A DNA stretch of 62,731 nucleotides, the filler included, from Thermodesulfobacteriota bacterium (GTDB lineage Bacteria > DASVDK01): the NCBI GenBank assembly GCA_036381125.1. It is 9 parts of 9 records of this genome, joined end to end, with 100 filler letters (N's around TTAATTAATTAA, not from the genome) between each part and the next. Parts side by side here need not be neighbours in the genome. Positions count along the whole stretch, not along the records: positions 54,232 to 62,731 come from DASVDK010000243.1; 8 more parts are not named here. One strand, given 5' to 3'. The stretch's first letter is position 1, and each line of letters opens with the position of its first letter. Of this stretch, positions 56,680 through 62,731 are shown piece by piece. The position numbers and the translations under genes were made by a program. The notes beneath the pieces were generated by a model, which searched no databases, was not told where the DNA came from, and saw nothing but the letters and a program-made list of their open reading frames with translations.

Positions 56680-58176
56680 ATGAGCGGCTCGCCGCTCCTC
56701 TCCGGGCGCCGGCTCGCCCGCAACGGCGTCTGGAACGTCCTCGGCTCCGGCCTGCCGCTCGCCGTCGCGGTCGTCGCGATCCCGCCCCTCGTCTCGCGCC
56801 TCGGCACCGACCGGTTCGGGCTCCTCGCCATCATCTGGACGGCCATCGGCTACTTCGGGCTCTTCGATCTCGGACTCGGGCTGGCGCTGACCAGGCTGGT
56901 CGCCGAGCGGCTCGGCCAGGATCGGACCGAGGAGCTGCCGCGGATCGTCTGGACCGCGGTCGCGCTCATGGGCGCTCTGGGGCTCGCGGCGGCCGTCTCG
57001 GTGGCCATGGCGGCGCCCTGGCTGGTTCGCGGCGTGCTCGCGGTCCCGCCGACGCTGCAGGGCGAGGCCGGGCTGGCGCTGATGATCCTCGCGGCCACGC
57101 TGCCGTTCGTCATCCTCTCGACCGCGTTCATCGGCGTGCTGGAGGCCCACCAGGATTTCGCCTCGATCAACGCCGTGCGCATCCCCCTCGGGGCGCTCAC
57201 GTTCCTCGGCCCGTTGATCGCCGTGCAGCAGACGCCGAGCCTCGTGGCCGCCACGAGCGTCCTCGCCGCGGCGCGGCTGCTCGCCTGCCTCGCCTACCTC
57301 GGCCAGTGCCTCCGCCTGATGCCGGCCCTGCGGTCGGCGGCCTTCGACCGCGCGCTCGTCCGGCCGCTGCTCGCCTTCGGCGGGTGGCTCACCGTCAGCA
57401 ACCTGGTGAGTCCCCTCATGGTGTACTTCGATCGCTTCGTGATCGGCGCGCTGCTCACGATGAGCGCCGTGGCCTACTACGCGACGCCGTACGAGGTCGT
57501 CACCCGATTCCGGGTCGTGCCGGTGGCAACGGTGGCCGTGCTGTTCCCGGCCCTGGCCACGGCCTTCGCAGCGGACCAGGCGCGCCTGGTGCGGCTCGTC
57601 GGCCGTGCCGCCGGCGCGCTCCTCCTCGTCATGCTGCCGCTCATGGCGCTGGTCGTGCTGTTCGCACCCGAGGGGCTGACGCTCTGGCTCGGCCCGGAGT
57701 TCGCGGCGAACAGCACCGGGGTCCTGCGCTGGCTGGCGGTCGGGGTCTTCGTGAACAGCCTGGGCCGCGTGGCCCAGACGCTCGTGCAGGGCGTCGGGCG
57801 GCCGGACGTCGGCGCCAAGCTCCACCTGCTGGAGGCCCTGCCCTACGCCGCGGCGTTGTGGGTGCTCGTCCATCGGTTCGGCATCCTCGGCGCGGCGGCC
57901 GCCTGGACGGGGCGCGTCGCCCTCGACACGACGGCGCTCTTCTGGCTGGCGGGGCGGCTCGTGCCGGCGCTGCGCCGCGAGACGCGCCGCGCGATCCTGC
58001 TCACGTCGGGCGGCGCGGCGTCGATCGCGCTCCTCGCGCTCGTCCCCGACCTGGCGGCCAGGAGCGCCCTGGCCGTCGTGCTGCTTGCGGTCGTGGCCTG
58101 GCTGGGGTACCGGCAGCTCCGCGCCGTGGGGTGGGCGCCGGGGGCAACCGGCGCCGCCGGGAGCCGCGGACGTTGA
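56680..58176 (+). CDS. wzx: Wzx flippase
   Basis: RNGVWN, LGTDRFG, LFDLGLG, FGGWLTVSN, FDRFVIG, VAYYATPY. Confidence 0.9.
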   Translation: MSGSPLLSGRRLARNGVWNVLGSGLPLAVAVVAIPPLVSRLGTDRFGLLAIIWTAIGYFGLFDLGLGLALTRLVAERLGQDRTEELPRIVWTAVALMGALGLAAAVSVAMAAPWLVRGVLAVPPTLQGEAGLALMILAATLPFVILSTAFIGVLEAHQDFASINAVRIPLGALTFLGPLIAVQQTPSLVAATSVLAAARLLACLAYLGQCLRLMPALRSAAFDRALVRPLLAFGGWLTVSNLVSPLMVYFDRFVIGALLTMSAVAYYATPYEVVTRFRVVPVATVAVLFPALATAFAADQARLVRLVGRAAGALLLVMLPLMALVVLFAPEGLTLWLGPEFAANSTGVLRWLAVGVFVNSLGRVAQTLVQGVGRPDVGAKLHLLEALPYAAALWVLVHRFGILGAAAAWTGRVALDTTALFWLAGRLVPALRRETRRAILLTSGGAASIALLALVPDLAARSALAVVLLAVVAWLGYRQLRAVGWAPGATGAAGSRGR

Positions 58177-58193
58177 GCGAGGCGGGTGGTCGA

Positions 58194-59282
58194 GTGTCGA
58201 GGGGGCGCGTCGGGGACGTACGGGAAGCGCCCCCCGGCACGCCGTCGACGCTGGAGTGGGCGGTCTTCGCGCAGCGGACCTGCGTGGTCACGGTCACCTA
58301 CGGCGACCGGGCTCACCTCGTCCGGAAGGCGGTCGCGGCCGCGTTCGACGCGGGGGCGGGCGGGATCGTCGTGGTGGACAACGGCGCCGCGCCGCCCAGC
58401 CGGGCCGAGATCGACCGGTTGGCGCAGGCGTGGGGCGGGCGCCTCGAGGTGGTCAGGCTCCCCGAGAACCGGGGCTCGGCGGGCGGCTTCCGGGCAGGCC
58501 TCGAGCGGGTGCGCGACCGCGCGGAGTGCGAGTTCATCTGGCTGCTCGACGACGACAACGCGCCGCGGCCCGACGCGCTCGGCCGGCTCTGGCACGCGTA
58601 CGGGGCGCTGGGGGCCGATCCGAACCACGCGCTGCTCAGCCTGCGGCCGGACCGCAAGGAGTACCTCCTGGCGGCGACGTGCGGGGTGCCGGTGGCGATC
58701 ACGCCCAACGCCTTCCTCGGCTTCCATCTGATGGACGTCCCGTCCAAGGTCCGGCGCCGGCTGTCGCCCGCCCGGCCGGGCCGGGCGGCGATCCGTTTTC
58801 CCCTCGCGGCCGTGGGCTATGCGCCCTACGGGGGGTTCTTCTTCCACCGGAGCTGGCTCGACCGGGTCGGGCTCCCGGACGAGCGCCTGTACCTCTACGG
58901 CGACGACCACGACTTCTCACTGCGCTTCGTGCGGGCCGGCGGCACGATCTACCTCTGCGCCGCCAGCGAGGTGGTGGACCTCGAGCCCTCGTGGCACCAC
59001 GAGCCGTCGGCGTCGCGACCCTGGGTGTCCCCGGCGGCGGACGAGCGGCGCGTCTACTACGCGGTGCGCAACCGCGCGCGGCTCGAGAAGGCCTTCACCA
59101 CGTCGCGGATCGCCTACTGGGCGAACGCCTGCACCTATCTGGGCTTTCTCGTCGTCGTCGGGCTCCTCGGGGAAGGGAGGGCGCGCCAGGTCTTGCGGCG
59201 CGTCCACCTGGTCCTGCGAGCGCTCCGGGACGGCAGGAGCGATCACCGTGGACGAGCGGCCGACGAAGGTCCTGCTGTGTAA
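58194..59282 (+). CDS. GT2 glycosyltransferase (start uncertain, TTG 58173 possible)
   Basis: VVTVTY, VVDNG, ENRGSAGGF, WLLDDDN, YGDDHDF. Confidence 0.88.
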   Translation: MSRGRVGDVREAPPGTPSTLEWAVFAQRTCVVTVTYGDRAHLVRKAVAAAFDAGAGGIVVVDNGAAPPSRAEIDRLAQAWGGRLEVVRLPENRGSAGGFRAGLERVRDRAECEFIWLLDDDNAPRPDALGRLWHAYGALGADPNHALLSLRPDRKEYLLAATCGVPVAITPNAFLGFHLMDVPSKVRRRLSPARPGRAAIRFPLAAVGYAPYGGFFFHRSWLDRVGLPDERLYLYGDDHDFSLRFVRAGGTIYLCAASEVVDLEPSWHHEPSASRPWVSPAADERRVYYAVRNRARLEKAFTTSRIAYWANACTYLGFLVVVGLLGEGRARQVLRRVHLVLRALRDGRSDHRGRAADEGPAV

Positions 59283-60465
59283 CACGCTCTACCACCCGAA
59301 CGTCCTGGGCGGGGCGGAACGGTCGGTCCAGCTCCTCGCCGAGTCGCTGGTCGAACGCGGGCACGCCGCGGTCGTGGTGTCGCTCGGGCGCGAGCGCGCG
59401 CGGCGGACGGACGAGGTCCGTGGAGTCCGCGTCCACTACCTCCCGCTGCGGAACCTCTACTGGCCCTTCGGGGGACCGGCGCCCGCGGCGGCGCGCAGGG
59501 CGCTCTGGCACGCGCTGGACAGCTACAACCCCCGGATGGCCGCCGAGGTCGGCGCGGTCCTCGACGAGGAGCGCCCGGACCTGGTCCACACCCACACCAT
59601 CGCCGGCTTCTCGGCGGCCGTGTGGCGGGCAGCCAGGCAGCGCGGGTTGCCGCTCGTCCACACGCTGCGCGACCAGTACCTGCTCTGCCCGCGCACGACG
59701 ATGTTCAGGAACGGGCGGGACTGCGAGACGCCGTGCCTGTCGTGCCGCGCCTACGCCTGGCCGCGCCGGCGGCTCACGGCGCAGGTGGACGTCGTCACGG
59801 GCGTGAGCCGCTTCATCCTCGATCGGCACCTCGGCCGCGGCTACTTCACCGACGCGAGGCGGGCCGTCGTCTACAACGCCTGCAGGCCGCCCGCCAGGCC
59901 GCCCGACGCGCCGGTCGGCGCTCGCCCCGGCCCGCTGCGCATCGGCTACCTCGGCCGGCTGCACCCGAGCAAGGGGGTCGATCGGCTCGTGCAGGCCTTC
60001 TGCTCGATCGAACCGGGGGCGGCGGAACTCTGGATCGCGGGCACGGGACGGCCGGACGACGAGGCCGCGCTGAGGGCCGGTGCCGGGACTCGTGCGGACG
60101 TGCGTTGGCTCGGGTTCGTCGAGCCCGAGGCGCTGCTCGCCGCCGTGGACCTGCTCGTGGTGCCGTCGCTGTGGCACGACACGGCGCCGAGGGTCGTGCT
60201 CGAGGCCTTTGCCCACGGCGTCCCGGTCGTCGGATCCACCCGGGGCGGGATCCCGGAACTCGTGGCCGAGGGGGCCGGCTGGCTCTTCGATCCGGACGAC
60301 CCGGGTGCGCTCGCGGCGGTGCTCCGCCGCTGCATCGAGCGGCGCGACCGGCTGGCGGCGGTCGGCGCGGCGGCGCGGGCGCACGCGACGCGCTTCAGCC
60401 CGGAGGCGGTCACGGCGGCCTATCTGGAGGTCTACCGGAGGGCACTCGAGGCGAGGCGAGGGTAG
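59248..60465 (+). CDS. GT4 glycosyltransferase
   Basis: GGAERSV, GRLHPSKG, VVPSLW, EAFAHGVPVV, GGIPE; AGGAG RBS. Confidence 0.92.
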   Translation: MDERPTKVLLCNTLYHPNVLGGAERSVQLLAESLVERGHAAVVVSLGRERARRTDEVRGVRVHYLPLRNLYWPFGGPAPAAARRALWHALDSYNPRMAAEVGAVLDEERPDLVHTHTIAGFSAAVWRAARQRGLPLVHTLRDQYLLCPRTTMFRNGRDCETPCLSCRAYAWPRRRLTAQVDVVTGVSRFILDRHLGRGYFTDARRAVVYNACRPPARPPDAPVGARPGPLRIGYLGRLHPSKGVDRLVQAFCSIEPGAAELWIAGTGRPDDEAALRAGAGTRADVRWLGFVEPEALLAAVDLLVVPSLWHDTAPRVVLEAFAHGVPVVGSTRGGIPELVAEGAGWLFDPDDPGALAAVLRRCIERRDRLAAVGAAARAHATRFSPEAVTAAYLEVYRRALEARRG

Positions 60466-60500
60466 GGCAAGCGCTGCTCACCGAGTATGGGGTCCTGGGC

Positions 60501-60516
60501 CGGCGTGCGGATTGCA
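60501..60516 (+). promoter_or_regulatory. Possible sigma54 promoter upstream of the wzy-like gene
   Basis: CGGCGTG-CGGA-TTGCA with GG-N10-GC spacing, in a ~200-bp gap. Confidence 0.4.
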
Positions 60517-60672
60517 ATGGACCGCGACCAGGGCCGATCACGCAGGTCGGCGCGTGCCTGCCTCCACGACGCAACGGGCCGCGCGCCGGCAACCGCGAGG
60601 CCGTTCGTCGAGCCGGGGCGCGGCGAACGGAGGGCGGCGTGAGGCCGGTCACCCCCGGAAAGGCCACGCCTC

Positions 60673-61962
60673 ATGCTGGTCGTCGTTTTCCTGTTCTTGC
60701 TGTCCGAGGTGCTGGGCGGGGCGATCCGCTACGGCTTCGCCCGGGTCGGGTTGATCCCGCTCGTCTATCTGCCCAAGGCGCTCCTCGCCGTCGCGCTCGC
60801 CGCGCGGCTGGCCCTCGACCTCGCCAGGGGTCGGACGAGCGCGGCGTACCTCGCGGCGCTCGCCCTGCTGACGCTGGGGGCGGCGCACGGGTATCTCGCG
60901 CTCGGCCATCCGGCGCAGCCCGCGTTCGGCCTCTGGGTCCTGATCCCCTTCCTCGCCGGCATCGTCGCCCTGCCCGCACTGGCGAGCGCCGGGCCTCGAG
61001 TGGTCCCCTACGCCGCCGTCCTCTGGGCGATCGCCGCCGGCGGCGTGCTCCTCAACGCCGTCCACCAGTGGCCGTGGATGGGCTTCGTCTACAGGGTGGC
61101 GGGGACGGAGATCGAGGGATCCCGCCTGTGGCAGACCGGCGGCTTCGTCCGGCTGGCCGGCTTCAGCCGAGCGTCGTTCGACGCGGCGACCCAGATCCTG
61201 CTCCTGGCCACGGTCGCGATGGTCTGGGCGCGCGGCCCGTGGCGCCTGGCGGTCTGGCTCCTCTCCGGTGTGGCCATCGCGCTGACGACGGCCAAGATGT
61301 CCTTCGGCGTCTACCTCGTGCTGTCGCTCTTCTGGCTGACCCACCGGTTGGGGACGCGGGAGCTCTGGCGGCTCGTACCGGTCGGCGCGGCCGCGATCGC
61401 CGCGGCCCTGCCGTTCAGCACCCTCCTGGTCGAGTACGACTTCTCGTCGGCCCGGGAGGACCCGATACGGCGCCTCCTCTTCGCGTCCATCGGCGACCGC
61501 GTGGAGCGGATGTGGCCCGACACCCTCGAGACGATCCTGACGCACGGCAACTGGCTCTTCGGCCGCGGCGTGGGCGGGATCGGCATGGCCCAGCAGTACT
61601 TCGAGCCGGTCCTCTACAGCCCGGCGGACAACCTCGTCGTCTACCTCTACGCCCTGTTCGGGGTCGTGGGGATCGGATCGGTGGTCCTCTACGCCCTCGG
61701 GCTGATGCTGCTGCCGCTGCGGGACCGCCTCTCGCGGCTCGTCTTCGCGTTCGGGGTGAGCGCGCTCCTGGCCGGGGTGACCGCCAACGCGCTCGAGTCG
61801 GCCCTGCTCGCCCTGGGCTTCGGCGCGAGTCTCCGGTATGCCACCGGCACCGCGATGGACGCCCTCGCCGTCGCCGCGGCGGGGACGGACGGGCCGGGGC
61901 GGAGGACATCGGCGGCCCCGGGGCGGCCGGCCGGCGTCGCCGAGTCACCGGGGCGTGCCTGA
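60673..61962 (+). CDS. Wzy-like polysaccharide polymerase/ligase
   Basis: About 11 TM helices, RLAGFSR loop, LFGRGVGGIG..DN loop; position in a Wzx cluster. Confidence 0.65.
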   Translation: MLVVVFLFLLSEVLGGAIRYGFARVGLIPLVYLPKALLAVALAARLALDLARGRTSAAYLAALALLTLGAAHGYLALGHPAQPAFGLWVLIPFLAGIVALPALASAGPRVVPYAAVLWAIAAGGVLLNAVHQWPWMGFVYRVAGTEIEGSRLWQTGGFVRLAGFSRASFDAATQILLLATVAMVWARGPWRLAVWLLSGVAIALTTAKMSFGVYLVLSLFWLTHRLGTRELWRLVPVGAAAIAAALPFSTLLVEYDFSSAREDPIRRLLFASIGDRVERMWPDTLETILTHGNWLFGRGVGGIGMAQQYFEPVLYSPADNLVVYLYALFGVVGIGSVVLYALGLMLLPLRDRLSRLVFAFGVSALLAGVTANALESALLALGFGASLRYATGTAMDALAVAAAGTDGPGRRTSAAPGRPAGVAESPGRA

Positions 61963-62731
61963 CGTGCGCGGCGCGGCTCCGGCGCGGTCGACGCGGGTCT
62001 TCGTCAACGCGCGCTTCCTCACGCAGCCCGTCACCGGCGTCCAGCGCTACGGGCGGGAGCTGGTCAAGGCGCTCGACCGGCTGCTGGCGCGCGGATTCGA
62101 CGGTGCGGGCCGATACGCGTTCGTCCTCCTCGTGCCGCGGGCCTCCCGGGCCGACCTCGACGGCCTGGCGTTGACGCACCTGGAGGTGCGGCGGGTCGGC
62201 CGCCTGCGCGGACACCTCTGGGAGCAGCTCGAGCTGCCGGTGTACGCTCGCGGCGGATGGCTGCTCAGCCCGGGGGCGGTCGGGCCGCTCGTGAAGCGGA
62301 GGCAGATCGTCACCATCCACGACGCCTCGGTGTTCGCGGTCCCGCAGGGGTTCTCGGTGCCGTTCCGGATGTGGTACCGGGCCGTCGGCCGGGGGCTCGG
62401 TCGCACGGTGCAGCGGGTCGTCACGCCTTCGGCCTTCTCGTCGCGCGAGCTGCGCCGGTATTGCAGGATCGACGAGCGGCGGCTGCGGGTGATCCCGCCG
62501 GGCGTCGAGCACATCCGGTCGGTGGCGCCGGACTACGGGGTGCTCGACCGGCACGGGCTCGACGGCCGGCCGTTCGTGCTGGTCGTGGGCAACCTCAATC
62601 CGAACAAGAACTTCCACGGCGTCGCGGCCGCGGTGCGCCTCCTCGAGGGGCGCGACTTCCACGTGGTCGTCGCGGGGGGCGGCAACCCGCGGGTCTACAC
62701 GAGGGTGGACGACGGGGCGCTCGGGAACGTA
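61955..62731 (+). CDS. GT4 glycosyltransferase (3' partial; absent from ORF track)
   Basis: VFVNARFLTQPVTGVQRYGREL, HLWEQLELP, VTIHDA, VGNLNPNKN. Confidence 0.9.
   Translation, partial: MPDVRGAAPARSTRVFVNARFLTQPVTGVQRYGRELVKALDRLLARGFDGAGRYAFVLLVPRASRADLDGLALTHLEVRRVGRLRGHLWEQLELPVYARGGWLLSPGAVGPLVKRRQIVTIHDASVFAVPQGFSVPFRMWYRAVGRGLGRTVQRVVTPSAFSSRELRRYCRIDERRLRVIPPGVEHIRSVAPDYGVLDRHGLDGRPFVLVVGNLNPNKNFHGVAAAVRLLEGRDFHVVVAGGGNPRVYTRVDDGALGNV

Overview
This window is not one locus. It is nine GC-rich bacterial contigs joined by artificial 100-bp spacers (44 N + TTAATTAATTAA + 44 N): C1 1-7826, C2 7927-12461, C3 12562-18399, C4 18500-34293, C5 34394-38095, C6 38196-43648, C7 43749-51497, C8 51598-54131, C9 54232-62731. 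It is probably a metagenome bin, so no synteny can be inferred across spacers. Most content is housekeeping or metabolic, from a diderm, deltaproteobacteria-like organism: yggT-divIVA-yggU, folD-gcvT-gcvH-gcvPA-gcvPB, tonB, typA, ygfZ-like, MFS transporters and a Wzx/Wzy polysaccharide cluster. C6 is a prophage early/replication fragment. C7 (lptE-hemC-rfaE2-rph) may come from a different organism. Best candidate for an undescribed system: a three-gene trans-envelope module in C4, made of a CHASE2-TM-HD-GYP phosphodiesterase, an exported FecR-domain protein with eleven 11-residue GGVTDTVGGVV repeats behind a sigma54-type promoter, and an outer-membrane beta-barrel. Other notable signals: a CIRCE (HrcA) operator on a Ruc/FmdB-like zinc-ribbon gene; a 25-bp extragenic repeat family on three contigs, including a six-unit array; an ~87-bp tandem repeat; a phage HerA-like ATPase with twin wHTH-like repeats; a moron-like membrane gene; and iteron-like repeats inside a phage replication gene. 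All product calls come from motif recognition by eye, with no database search. No rRNA, tRNA or CRISPR array was recognised.
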